The position numbers and the translations under genes are program-made. This document shows positions 1 to 8,963 of a stretch of DNA of 26,154 nucleotides, piece by piece. The DNA lies in the IMG/VR virus record IMGVR_UViG_3300033475_000490, positions 1 to 26,154 of that record; one strand, 5' to 3'. This DNA comes from a virus. Lineage: Duplodnaviria; Caudoviricetes. The number at the start of each line of letters is the position of its first letter. Position 1 is the first letter of the stretch. The notes under the pieces are model-generated. The model saw only the letters and a list, made by a program, of their open reading frames with translations. It searched no databases and was not told the origin of the DNA.

Positions 1-2
1 AG

Positions 3-1919
3 AACACGTTCACCATGGACTACGAGACGAAGATGTCTCACATGCTGCGCCAGTTCGGAGCGTTCTTCGGTGCCCAGCAGGAGAGCTGGAATCGCTGGGC
101 TCGGATCATCTCCGACAAGCCTGACATACTCCCCCGCATTGCTCAGGTATACGGCGCGCCCGCACGCGCCGGTATCGTCACCGACTCTTCTGGTAACAGG
201 GTCGCTCCCGACGGAACGGTCACCGATCCGATAACAGGAGAGAAGCGGCTGGTCGACTATTCCGACAGGCACATCACCGTGCAGGTGCCGGAGTATCTCG
301 GCGGCAAGGCCATCTCCAAGTTTCTCGGGACCGGCGGTAAGGTCGCCAAGCTTGACCCGACTACTGGAGAGCCGATGCGGGACAAGAACGGTAAGGTGAT
401 CTATGAGCAGGAGGGCGCCAGGTTCGACATTCCGATGTCCACGGCCGAGATCATCCTGAACCATGGTGACGGGCCGCTTCCGGTAGGGGCAGGACCTTAC
501 GTACAGATCGCGGCCAATCATCTGCCGTTTACCGCGCTGGACGCTAACGGCGATCCGAAGATCGCCGACATGTATACCCAGCTTGGTATTCTGCCGTTCG
601 GCCCCACTGAGTCCATCCTTGACACCTTCAAGCCCAATTGGTGGCGCAAGGCCGAGGCCGGTACAGACAAGACCTCGGATGCATACCAGAAGAACTTGTG
701 GTACATCATGCAGGCCGAGCACTACAAGTGGACTCAGGGGCTACGCAAGAGCCAGCCGACTTGGAAGGAGATTGATCAGCGAGCCCAGAAGCAGGCATGG
801 ATGCGGACATGGTTTGCTGCCACGCTCCCCATCTCCATGTCGGCAAAGGACCCGTACGACTTCTTCCGGAAGCAGTACAAGCAGATGCAGGATCTTGACT
901 ACGAGAACGCGGACAAGAACTTCTACGACAAGTACGGCGACTCTGCTTTTATTTTTGCTCAGTCCATGAGCAAGAACAACAGCGGACTGAAGCCGACCGA
1001 CAACGCCGTGAAGATGTCTAAGTACTATCAGGACCTGATCAGCAAGGTGGGTCCGGAGTGGGCCGGTCTGGTTGTCGGAGCCGAAGGAGAGGGCGCCTAC
1101 TCCAATGGAGCCTTCTACTACCAGAAGACTCACAGCATAGATCCTGCTACAGGCGAGACGGGCCGCACTCAGCTCAGCGCCCGCGAGGCGCTGGATCAGG
1201 CCGACCTTGGTCGCGGGTGGCAGCAGTACAAGTCGTACATGAACGGCCTGTATGCGGAGTTGTTCAACCGTGGGCTCAAGTCGTTCGACGATGATGGTGC
1301 AGAGGACCTGAAGGCCGAGAAAAGGGCCCTCGTGGAAACTCTCTCCGATCCTCAGACCATGGACGAAAACGGCAATATGGTGAGCAATCCTTACTACAAT
1401 GCCGCCTGGTCCAAGGCGTACAATTCGTTCGATCTGAATTACTACGACAGGGCGGCGGCGAGCCTTCGCCAGATCGTGAACGATCCTGAGATATGGAGCA
1501 AGGCCGTCAACCCTGACGGCTCTCTGGGCATACGCTCTGATATAGCGATGCTCAAGACCTATCTCCAGTATCGTGACTCTGTGAAGGCTGCGCTGATCAT
1601 GAGGAACGATTCCGGAGGATCCAAGGATATCAACGCTCAGTCCAACGCTGACATCAAGCAGCAATGGAACGCGCTGGTGATTCAGATGATCGAAAAGGAT
1701 CTCAAGTTCGGCGACCTGTTCAACCACTACCTGTCCCGAGACATGGGCTTCGATCAAGATACCGTGGCCCAGGAGCAGCAGCAGGGGCTACTGCCTCAGT
1801 TTGAGGGCAGCGTTCAGAGTTTCCAGGATCAGAACGCATTTGATGTCCTCGGACAGCAGAGTGGAGAGACTGGCTCTATGCCGACCGGTCAGCCTACGTT
1901 TGGTCAAGGAGGGTTCTGA
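3..1919 (+). CDS. C-terminal part of a large putative internal virion (ejection) protein; 5' end probably outside the window
   Basis: Frame open from the window edge (AAC ACG TTC ACC ATG); at least 634 aa, helical/charged; TGA overlaps next ATG; heads the block containing virion hydrolases. Function inferred from position. Confidence 0.6.
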   Translation, partial: NTFTMDYETKMSHMLRQFGAFFGAQQESWNRWARIISDKPDILPRIAQVYGAPARAGIVTDSSGNRVAPDGTVTDPITGEKRLVDYSDRHITVQVPEYLGGKAISKFLGTGGKVAKLDPTTGEPMRDKNGKVIYEQEGARFDIPMSTAEIILNHGDGPLPVGAGPYVQIAANHLPFTALDANGDPKIADMYTQLGILPFGPTESILDTFKPNWWRKAEAGTDKTSDAYQKNLWYIMQAEHYKWTQGLRKSQPTWKEIDQRAQKQAWMRTWFAATLPISMSAKDPYDFFRKQYKQMQDLDYENADKNFYDKYGDSAFIFAQSMSKNNSGLKPTDNAVKMSKYYQDLISKVGPEWAGLVVGAEGEGAYSNGAFYYQKTHSIDPATGETGRTQLSAREALDQADLGRGWQQYKSYMNGLYAELFNRGLKSFDDDGAEDLKAEKRALVETLSDPQTMDENGNMVSNPYYNAAWSKAYNSFDLNYYDRAAASLRQIVNDPEIWSKAVNPDGSLGIRSDIAMLKTYLQYRDSVKAALIMRNDSGGSKDINAQSNADIKQQWNALVIQMIEKDLKFGDLFNHYLSRDMGFDQDTVAQEQQQGLLPQFEGSVQSFQDQNAFDVLGQQSGETGSMPTGQPTFGQGGF

Positions 1920-2788
1920 TGACTACGCCTACGGGTGGCGGTAACGCTGGTGGTGGCGCTGGTGGAATGGGTGGGCTGTCGCCCAGGCAGCAGCAGCAAC
2001 AGAACGAGTTCGGTGCTGCCGTCGAACGACGGAGCAGGACTGGTGGGTCCGTAGGTGGAGCAGCCGGGGGTTTGGCCCCCGGCATGATCGATATCTACGG
2101 AACGCACACCAAGACCGACACGGGTCATGGTTCGGCCAAGGCTCCGATCGTCTATCTGGGTACTGGCCCAGGCTCGAATATCGCGTACATGGGCGTCGAC
2201 GACGCCATCAATATGTACTACAAGTGGGACACCAAGACCAAGAACCGGTATCTGTCTCAGCTTAGCCTGGCCGGATATGACACCGGTTCCATGAAGGATG
2301 ACGAGCTTGCGTCTGTCTGGGCCAAGTATGTCACTTCGGCGGCGAGGTACAGCCTCGCCGGTAAGTGGGCGTCTCCATGGGAGATCATGGGCAAGGATAT
2401 CGCCCAGCGGGAAGCGGCAGCCAAGACACCCAAGACGATCACCCAGACGGCGAAGTCCTACAACATCAGCACAGCCGCCGACGCTCAGGCACTGTTCCAG
2501 GGGGCAGCCCAAACGCTCTTGGGCAGGGACCCGACCAAGTCGGAGATCTCCAGGTTCAAGAGCGTACTCAACAAGTACGAGCAGGCCAACCCATCGGTCA
2601 CGACCACCACGTCAAACTATATTGGATCTGACCTCCAGAGCCAGACCAGTAAGACGACGGGCGGCGTGAGCGCCGCCTCGCAGCAACTGATGGCGCAGGA
2701 GCAGGCCAAGAAGAATCCTGAGTATGGAGCCTACCAGGCCGCTACTAACGGCATGAACTGGCTCATGGAGATGATCGGGGGTGGCTGA
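1919..2788 (+). CDS. hypothetical protein, probable internal virion protein (289 aa, Gly-rich N-terminus)
   Basis: TGATG overlaps at both ends; GGAGG upstream; phage-like codon usage. Confidence 0.7.
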   Translation: MTTPTGGGNAGGGAGGMGGLSPRQQQQQNEFGAAVERRSRTGGSVGGAAGGLAPGMIDIYGTHTKTDTGHGSAKAPIVYLGTGPGSNIAYMGVDDAINMYYKWDTKTKNRYLSQLSLAGYDTGSMKDDELASVWAKYVTSAARYSLAGKWASPWEIMGKDIAQREAAAKTPKTITQTAKSYNISTAADAQALFQGAAQTLLGRDPTKSEISRFKSVLNKYEQANPSVTTTTSNYIGSDLQSQTSKTTGGVSAASQQLMAQEQAKKNPEYGAYQAATNGMNWLMEMIGGG

Positions 2789-4086
2789 TGCCTGTCAACG
2801 GCTCCGACATCGCTAACTTCGCCAAGCAGTTCATAGGCACTCCGTACAAGTGGGGCGGCACTAACCTGAAGAGCGGGGTCGACTGCTCAGGCCTGGTTAC
2901 CCAGGTCTACGCAAACTTCGGCCTCGCTCTTCCCCGCACAACGTACGACATGATCGGCGTAGGCGCTGGCGTCAAGATGAACAACCTTCAAGCCGGTGAC
3001 ATCATCTTCTTTGACACGGACCGCTCCACGGGCGGTCCGGATCATGTCGGCATCTACTTGGGTGACGGCAAGTTTATCCACGCACCGAGACCTGGGAAGG
3101 GGGTGGAAATCGATGACCTTAAGTCAGGCTACTACCAGGACACATTCACCGGAGCGAGGCGCGTTAGCGGCGTTACAGGCGGAGGACCTTCGGGCGAGTG
3201 GGACCCTTCAGGCGGTACGGCCGAAGCTAAGCTATCGCCCGAAGAGCTTGCTGCCGAATACGGATTTGCGTATTCGTTTCTGAATTCCATCCCTGAGCTG
3301 AAGACCCTGTTCGGTAAGTACGTCAACGAGAACTGGTCCAAGGACAAGTTCATGGCGGAGGTACGGAACACCAAGTGGTGGCAGGAGAACTCGCAGACTC
3401 AGCGACAGATCCAGCAAATGAAAAAGACGGATCCTGCAACCTATCAGGCCCAGCTTGGTGCAACCAGGGTTCAGGTTCAGCAGATGGCTGCGGAGATCGG
3501 CGCTTCCATCCCGCCCGCCAAGCTGGGCAAGATAGCCCAGCAGGCTCTTGAGACTGGAGCCTCTGAGGACATTCTCCGTAACACTCTCGGGAAGTACGTG
3601 ACCTTCCAGAAGGGAACGTTGCGGGGAGAAGCCGGGGCGTACAGCAACTCGATCAAGAAGTTCGCGTATGAGCAGGGCGTCACCCTGGACAATCAGGCAG
3701 TCAAGAATCAGGCTGCACTGATCTCCAGGAAGTTGGCCACCGAATCCGACTTCCAGAATCAGATCGTTCAACAGGCGGTCTCCGCTTATCCCGGTTACAA
3801 GGATCAGCTGGAAGCCGGGCAGACGATGATGGATATCGCTCAGCCCTATATACAGACGATGGCCCAAGAGCTGGACATCAATCCTGAGTCGATAACCCTG
3901 AATGACCCTCTGGTCAAGCAAGCCCTGAACGGCGTGGATGCTAAGGGCAGGCCTATGGGGATGGATCAGACGGCCTTCCTGGGTCGTCTGAGGAATGATC
4001 CCCGGTGGGGCCAGACCAAGGACACTCAGGACAAGGTGATGAATGTTGGGCTCAACGTTCTCAAGTCTATGGGGCTACGCAGCTAA
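2788..4086 (+). CDS. NlpC/P60 peptidoglycan endopeptidase fused to a helical C-terminal domain (432 aa)
   Basis: GTPYKWGG, DCSG (catalytic Cys), DHVGIY (His) and IHA motifs in the first ~125 aa; Gly/Ser linker; C-terminal domain paralogous to next gene. Confidence 0.9.
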   Translation: MPVNGSDIANFAKQFIGTPYKWGGTNLKSGVDCSGLVTQVYANFGLALPRTTYDMIGVGAGVKMNNLQAGDIIFFDTDRSTGGPDHVGIYLGDGKFIHAPRPGKGVEIDDLKSGYYQDTFTGARRVSGVTGGGPSGEWDPSGGTAEAKLSPEELAAEYGFAYSFLNSIPELKTLFGKYVNENWSKDKFMAEVRNTKWWQENSQTQRQIQQMKKTDPATYQAQLGATRVQVQQMAAEIGASIPPAKLGKIAQQALETGASEDILRNTLGKYVTFQKGTLRGEAGAYSNSIKKFAYEQGVTLDNQAVKNQAALISRKLATESDFQNQIVQQAVSAYPGYKDQLEAGQTMMDIAQPYIQTMAQELDINPESITLNDPLVKQALNGVDAKGRPMGMDQTAFLGRLRNDPRWGQTKDTQDKVMNVGLNVLKSMGLRS

Positions 4087-4123
4087 GGCCCTTCTTGTCG
4101 CTATGCTGCACCTAGGAGGTGGC

Positions 4124-5422
4124 GTGTCTCAGCCGTCGTTTGAAGCCTTTATGTATGGCATCTCTATCCAGGAGAGCGGAGGCAGCTACCACGCAGTTAA
4201 CAGGCAGTCTGGCGCCCTTGGCAAGTATCAGGTAATGCCAAGCAATGTAGCCGGGTGGTCCCGACAGGTGTTGGGGTACTCGATCTCTCCAAGCGCGTTC
4301 CTGAACTCTCCTTCGCTTCAGGAGAAGATTGTCACAGGGATCCTCAGAGGGTACTACAACAGGTGGGGCGCTCGAGGCGCCGCTGCCGCTTGGTACGCAG
4401 GTCCTGGGAATCACAACCTCGACATGTCTACCCGCTCCCAGTGGGGCGGGCCTAGCATCAAGAAGTATGTTGACAGCGTCATCAATCACTCTAGCGGCTA
4501 TTCGGGTCAGACCTACTCGGGTGGCTCAGGGATGGGTGATCCGGTGAAGGCCAAGCTTTCCGACAAGGAGCTTGCTGAGAAGTACGGCTTTACTCTGGAC
4601 TTCCTGAACGCCAATCCTGAGCTTCACAGGTTGTTCAGGAAGATGGTGTCTGAGGGTTGGTCCAAGGACATGTTCGACGCCAAGCTCCGAGAGACCAAGT
4701 GGTGGAAGACGCACTCCGACAAGGAGCGTCAATACCTCACCCAGATGTTCACTGATCCTGCTAGCGCAAGGCAGTCTCTCTCTCAGGCCAAGATTACGGT
4801 TCGCCAGATGGCGAACCAGCTTGGTATCAAGGAGACCGACTTCACTATGAAGAGGATCAATGAGGCTGCGTACAACATGGTAGCTAAGGGGTGGAACGAA
4901 GGTCAGATCAGGTATTACCTCGGCCAGTACGTCTACTTCGATGGCGGGAAGATGCAGGGACAGGGGGCTGATGTTCAAAACGAACTACGCTCCTACGCCT
5001 ACAGCATGGGCGTGACCATGTCCGGTAAGTGGTACGCCGACAACACCCGGAAGGTGTTGCGCGGCCTGGCTACTACTTCCGACTTTAAGAACGACATGCT
5101 TCGCCAGGCCAAGGCAATGTTTCCCCAGTTCTCCAAGCAGCTCGACGGAGGGCAGACGGTCGCCGATATAGCGGCTCCCTACATGCAATCCATGGCGCAG
5201 ATTCTAGAGCTGCCTGTGGGCAGCGTCAACCTGTTCGATTCCACGATCAAGAAGGCGCTGCAATACAAGAATCCCACTACGCTTCAGACCCAGTCAAAGC
5301 CACTGTGGCAGTTCGAGAACGATCTTCGGAATGATCCGAGGTGGAAGAAAACAAAGAACGCTCAGGATTCTCTGTTCCAGGTTGGCCATCAGGTGCTGTC
5401 CGACTTCGGGTTTAAATACTAA
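4124..5422 (+). CDS. lytic transglycosylase (SLT/lysozyme-like) fused to a paralogous helical C-terminal domain (432 aa)
   Basis: Start moved to GTG 4124 behind AGGAGG (4114-4119); QESGG (catalytic Glu), ALGKYQVMP and AAAAWYAGPG motifs. Confidence 0.85.
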   Translation: MSQPSFEAFMYGISIQESGGSYHAVNRQSGALGKYQVMPSNVAGWSRQVLGYSISPSAFLNSPSLQEKIVTGILRGYYNRWGARGAAAAWYAGPGNHNLDMSTRSQWGGPSIKKYVDSVINHSSGYSGQTYSGGSGMGDPVKAKLSDKELAEKYGFTLDFLNANPELHRLFRKMVSEGWSKDMFDAKLRETKWWKTHSDKERQYLTQMFTDPASARQSLSQAKITVRQMANQLGIKETDFTMKRINEAAYNMVAKGWNEGQIRYYLGQYVYFDGGKMQGQGADVQNELRSYAYSMGVTMSGKWYADNTRKVLRGLATTSDFKNDMLRQAKAMFPQFSKQLDGGQTVADIAAPYMQSMAQILELPVGSVNLFDSTIKKALQYKNPTTLQTQSKPLWQFENDLRNDPRWKKTKNAQDSLFQVGHQVLSDFGFKY

Positions 5423-5431
5423 GGAGGTACG

Positions 5432-6535
5432 GTGGCTACCACTTCTCCCGCTGGTAACACGCTGACCGAAGAGCAGCGCTATAAGATTCAGTCGAAGCTT
5501 TGGCAGGAGCGACTGAGGAGGACCCAGAACCAGGTAAGGTCTCTGACTGCCGAAGCTGAGCGGCTCAAGGGTCGGAAGGACAAGCGGAGCCAGCAAACGC
5601 TGGCTCGCGTTCAGGCTAGCCTGAAGTCTGCTCAGGCAAGTCTGGGCGATATCAATAAGAACATTACCAGCCTCAACAATAAGCATTACGAGGCAACCGG
5701 CCAGTACGACAAGCTCCTGAGTGGGGCTAACCGAGATGCCTTCATGGCTCTTCAGTCGCTGTTCAAGACCTACGGTCTGGAGAGCCTTGCGGGAAAGATC
5801 TACGAGTACGTCAAGAACGGCTACGGCTCGGACACGATCAGCATTCTGCTCCAGGATACGCCGGAGTACAAGCAGCGGTTTGCCGCCAACCAGCAGCGGC
5901 TCAAGGATGGCCTACCTGTTCTTTCCCCCGCCGAGTATATCGATACCGAGAACTCGTATCGCGCTCTGCTACGGCAGAGCGGATTGCCCGGTGGATTCTA
6001 TGACAGCAACGACGACTTCACCAACTGGATAGCCAAGGGAGTCAGCCCGACCGAGGCGCAATCCAGGGTCGACCTGGCCACCCAGGCTACGGCCCTGGCT
6101 AATCCCTTTTACAAGCAGGCGCTGAATCAGCTCGGCATCGACGATGGCCACCTGGCTGCATACTTCCTTGATCCCGACAGGGCCCTCCCCCTGATCCAGA
6201 AGGCTGCCGCCACGGCTCAGATTGGCTCTGCCGCCCTGGCTCAGGGACTTACGTTCGACAAGACGTTCGCCGAGCAGTTGGCCACCAGTGGAGTTACGGC
6301 AGCCCAGGCTCAGCAGGGCTACCAGCAGGTTGCTGGAGAGCTGGGGACTATGCAGTCCCTCGCCTCTGTCTACGGAACCACTTGGACTCAGGCTCAGTCA
6401 GAGCAGGCCGCGTTCGGCACGAACGCTGCCGCTGGTGCGCAGAAGGCTAGCATCGTAGGACAGGAAAAGGGCGCGTTCTCCGGAGGCGCCGGAGGCGGCC
6501 GTGCTGGCCTGAGCCAGTCCCAGCCTCAGCAGTAA
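5432..6535 (+). CDS. hypothetical protein, probable internal virion protein (367 aa, N-terminal coiled coil, Ala/Gln-rich C-terminus)
   Basis: AAGGAGG then GTG; operon position. Confidence 0.7.
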   Translation: MATTSPAGNTLTEEQRYKIQSKLWQERLRRTQNQVRSLTAEAERLKGRKDKRSQQTLARVQASLKSAQASLGDINKNITSLNNKHYEATGQYDKLLSGANRDAFMALQSLFKTYGLESLAGKIYEYVKNGYGSDTISILLQDTPEYKQRFAANQQRLKDGLPVLSPAEYIDTENSYRALLRQSGLPGGFYDSNDDFTNWIAKGVSPTEAQSRVDLATQATALANPFYKQALNQLGIDDGHLAAYFLDPDRALPLIQKAAATAQIGSAALAQGLTFDKTFAEQLATSGVTAAQAQQGYQQVAGELGTMQSLASVYGTTWTQAQSEQAAFGTNAAAGAQKASIVGQEKGAFSGGAGGGRAGLSQSQPQQ

Positions 6536-6541
6536 CATTCA

Positions 6542-6603
6542 GGGTAGATGGCCATTGGGATGGCCCCAGTTATGACCCGGGTTCGATTCCCGGCTGCCCA
6601 CCA
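6542..6603 (+). ncRNA. tRNA-like RNA lacking an anticodon arm (62 nt, encoded CCA)
   Basis: GGGTAG/CTGCCC acceptor stem + A + CCA; T arm CCGGG-TTCGATT-CCCGG; 6-bp hairpin GGCCAT-TGGG-ATGGCC at the D-arm position; only 11 unpaired nt where anticodon and variable arms should be. Confidence 0.65.
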
Positions 6604-6710
6604 GTAGCGGACCTACCGGCACCAGCTACTTGTATCAAGTCCGGCAATCATAATGAGGAGCTGGACACGCCTCCCCGGGCGTGCCTATGGCCTCACAACT
6701 AATGGGAGGG
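6603..6710 (+). promoter_or_regulatory. structured 5' leader of the scaffold gene (stem-loops, possible pseudoknots, anti-SD)
   Basis: AGTAGC/GCTACT (6603-6608/6625-6630); TGAGG/CCTCA (6654-6658/6691-6695) enclosing CACGCC-TCCCCG-GGCGTG; CCTCCC (6670-6675) complementary to RBS GGGAGG (6704-6709). Confidence 0.5.
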
Positions 6711-6715
6711 ACAAC

Positions 6716-7195
6716 ATGTCCAACTGGGGTTTTGAGAACAGCGACGCTAACGACCTGGGCAACGGCACCGAAGGTAACGGCCCCAAGGCACTTCGTGATG
6801 CGTACGAGGCCATGAAGAAGCAGAACGACGAGCTGAGCCAGAAGCTGACGAGCTTTCTGGAAGAGCAGGCTCAGCAGAAGATGGCCACCGTTTTTGAGTC
6901 CCTCGGGGTTCCGGGCGCACAGGCTGCGTACCAGGGTCCCAACGATCCGGCGAAGGCCAAGGAATGGGTCGACCAGATGCGTTCCGTCTTCGGCGGCGGA
7001 CAGCCCCCGGCTGTCGAACAGCCCACAACGCCCACACTTCCTCCGTCCATGCAGGCTCAGTATGAGCGCATGAACGCTGCGGGGAGTGAGGGGACGCCGC
7101 TGGGCAATGTGGAAGCTGCACAGGCAGCTGTTAATGATGCTACAGACGTCAACGCTCTCATCAATGCCTTCAAGAATGGGCAGTTTGGGAGCTGA
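6716..7195 (+). CDS. capsid scaffolding protein (159 aa)
   Basis: Start moved to ATG 6716 after GGGAGG; acidic N-terminus, coiled coil, Pro-rich linker; directly upstream of the capsid gene. Confidence 0.75.
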   Translation: MSNWGFENSDANDLGNGTEGNGPKALRDAYEAMKKQNDELSQKLTSFLEEQAQQKMATVFESLGVPGAQAAYQGPNDPAKAKEWVDQMRSVFGGGQPPAVEQPTTPTLPPSMQAQYERMNAAGSEGTPLGNVEAAQAAVNDATDVNALINAFKNGQFGS

Positions 7196-7215
7196 TTCCC
7201 ATAAAGGAGTGAGAC

Positions 7216-8202
7216 ATGGCTAACGCCTTTACCGGCACTACTGCCATGGCGAACCTCGTTCAGGCCGCGTATGACCGCGCTCTTGAGTTCGCCCTTCGTA
7301 AGCAGCCTCTGTTTCGTACGGTCGCCGATAAGCGGCCGGTTCAGCAGGCTATGCCTGGTTCCTCGGTTGTCTTTGAGCTGTACCAGGACCTGGCTCAGCA
7401 GGTCACCCCGCTGAACGAGCTGGTCGACCCGGACGCCGTCGCGGCCGGTAACCCGACCCCGGTTACGGTTACCCTCAACGAGTACGGTAACGCGATTCTC
7501 GTCAGCAACAAGCTGGACCTGTTCAGCTTTACCGACGTGACTGCCGGTCTCGTCAACCAGGTGGCCTGGAACCTGGTCGACTCTGTCGACCTTCTGGTTC
7601 AGAACGTCCTTGCCAACGGTACTCAGACCCTGCGTACCGACGGCACGACCAAGGCTGCATATGGCTTCGGCACCACGCCTACCAACCCGATCGCCCTTAC
7701 GGCGATCGACTCCGACTCCGTGTTCAATAGCGACATGGCTCGGTTTGCCACCACTCAGCTGCGGACGAACGCGGTTCACCCGAACCGCGACTCGTACTAC
7801 ACCGCCTACATCCACCCGCAGGTCTCTTACGACCTTCGGCGAGAGACTGGCGCTGCGGCCTGGCGTGACCCGCACAACTACTCCGCTGCGGGTAACATCT
7901 GGGCGGGCGAGATCGGCGAGTACGAAGGTGCTTGCTACATCGAAACCCCGCGTGCCCAGAACGTTCAGTCTGGTGCCGGTGCTGGCGCGACCCAGACTCG
8001 CGTGTTTAACACCTACTACACCGGTCAGCAGGCTCTCGCTGAGGCTGTTGCCGAGGAGTTCCACACGGTTCGCGGTCCGGTTGTCGACAAGCTTACCCGT
8101 TTCCAGCCGCTCGGCTGGTACGGTGTCGCGGGCTGGTCTCTGTACCGTCCCGAGGCCCTGATCGTCGCCCAGTCCACCTCTTCGGCCCGCAACGCTGCCT
8201 GA
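7216..8202 (+). CDS. major capsid protein (328 aa)
   Basis: AAGGAG RBS; highly biased codon usage; capsid-like segments (VTLNEYGN, YTAYIHPQV, GEIGEYEG, DKLTRFQPLGWY); follows scaffold. Confidence 0.9.
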   Translation: MANAFTGTTAMANLVQAAYDRALEFALRKQPLFRTVADKRPVQQAMPGSSVVFELYQDLAQQVTPLNELVDPDAVAAGNPTPVTVTLNEYGNAILVSNKLDLFSFTDVTAGLVNQVAWNLVDSVDLLVQNVLANGTQTLRTDGTTKAAYGFGTTPTNPIALTAIDSDSVFNSDMARFATTQLRTNAVHPNRDSYYTAYIHPQVSYDLRRETGAAAWRDPHNYSAAGNIWAGEIGEYEGACYIETPRAQNVQSGAGAGATQTRVFNTYYTGQQALAEAVAEEFHTVRGPVVDKLTRFQPLGWYGVAGWSLYRPEALIVAQSTSSARNAA

Positions 8203-8206
8203 TCTC

Positions 8207-8228
8207 GGGAGGCCCTTCGGGGCCTCCT
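8207..8228 (+). terminator. GC-rich UUCG hairpin after capsid gene (attenuator or mRNA stabiliser, no U-tract)
   Basis: GGAGGCCC-TTCG-GGGCCTCC, 5 nt after the stop. Confidence 0.6.
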
Positions 8229-8246
8229 CCTATCTAAGGAGGAAAT

Positions 8247-8561
8247 GTGTCCGGATTGGACAATACGTCAGAGACTGTGCGCGCCGTTACGGCAACCACG
8301 ACTCTTACGAACAACGACTATGTTGTTCTCTGCGACCCTGCCGGTGGTGCCATCACGGTCAACCTTCCGGCCGTTGCCACCGTGCAGCCCGGACGTACCT
8401 ATTGGATTCGCTCCACGGGTACGACCAACGCTGTCACGATCGATGGGTCCGGTGCGGAGACGATCGACGGTGGTGCCACTAAGTCCCTGGCTTCCGCTGC
8501 CGTCCATGCTGTAAAGATCGTCTCTGACGGCACTGCCTGGTTCACAGTCAGTTCGTTCTGA
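8247..8561 (+). CDS. small beta-rich virion protein, possible capsid decoration protein (104 aa)
   Basis: AAGGAGG RBS, GTG start; Thr/Ala/Val-rich (ITVNLPA, TIDGSGAETIDG, IVSDGTAWF). Confidence 0.7.
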   Translation: MSGLDNTSETVRAVTATTTLTNNDYVVLCDPAGGAITVNLPAVATVQPGRTYWIRSTGTTNAVTIDGSGAETIDGGATKSLASAAVHAVKIVSDGTAWFTVSSF

Positions 8562-8576
8562 TAAGGAGGGGCCTCC

Positions 8577-8963
8577 GTGGCTTGCTGGACTTTCACGACA
8601 CCTACGGTTGCGGAGGCTCCCTTCGCCTGGAACCCTCTTATGGAGCGGTTCCGGATGGACCGGGCAGTATCGATTGTAGAAGTATCTCCTGGGGTTTACC
8701 AACAGGTCAGGTATGACGCATACACCAATGAGATCGGCGCTACGAACTTGCCGGTAAACCCCAACGAGCAGGACACCGCCTTCTGGCCAGCCGCTAGGGC
8801 TGGCCTGCATTACTTCCGGGGCGGATATGAGCACATGGTTGACGACACTGTGAAGGCGGACATCATCGCCTCCGGTGTCGCCACGGAAGCTAACTTCACC
8901 TATTGCGCTGGTGGCTTCGGGATTGGGCCGTTTGGCGTCGGACCGTTCGGAGGTCTCCATTGA
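8577..8963 (+). CDS. hypothetical virion protein (128 aa, C-terminal GFGIGPFGVGPFGG)
   Basis: AAGGAGG RBS, GTG start; TTGA overlap with next gene. Confidence 0.7.
   Translation: MACWTFTTPTVAEAPFAWNPLMERFRMDRAVSIVEVSPGVYQQVRYDAYTNEIGATNLPVNPNEQDTAFWPAARAGLHYFRGGYEHMVDDTVKADIIASGVATEANFTYCAGGFGIGPFGVGPFGGLH

Noticed and set aside
741-1757. Long opposite-strand ORFs (also 7057-8064, 8900-10186, 13112-13858, 20433-21335, 23594-24514)
   Set aside because: Antisense shadows of well-supported genes, expected in high-GC DNA; no RBS or recognisable motifs.
3-1919. Tape measure protein
   Set aside because: No major tail tube or tail chaperone frameshift pair nearby, and the gene lies upstream of scaffold and capsid; better read as an internal virion protein.
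1988-2002. CAG/poly-Gln tract
   Set aside because: Only five codons in a low-complexity linker; no sign of phase variation.
6604-6650. HDV-like (theta) ribozyme directly after the tRNA-like CCA end
   Set aside because: Position fits, but I could not build P3/L3, P1.1 or the J4/2 catalytic C; kept only as a generic structured leader.
6653-6715. Longer track starts for scaffold (6653), SLT (4043), tailspike (8903), 12344, deaminase (19900), 24268 and 24756
   Set aside because: Each lacks an RBS or overlaps other features; downstream starts with better RBS or gene packing were chosen.
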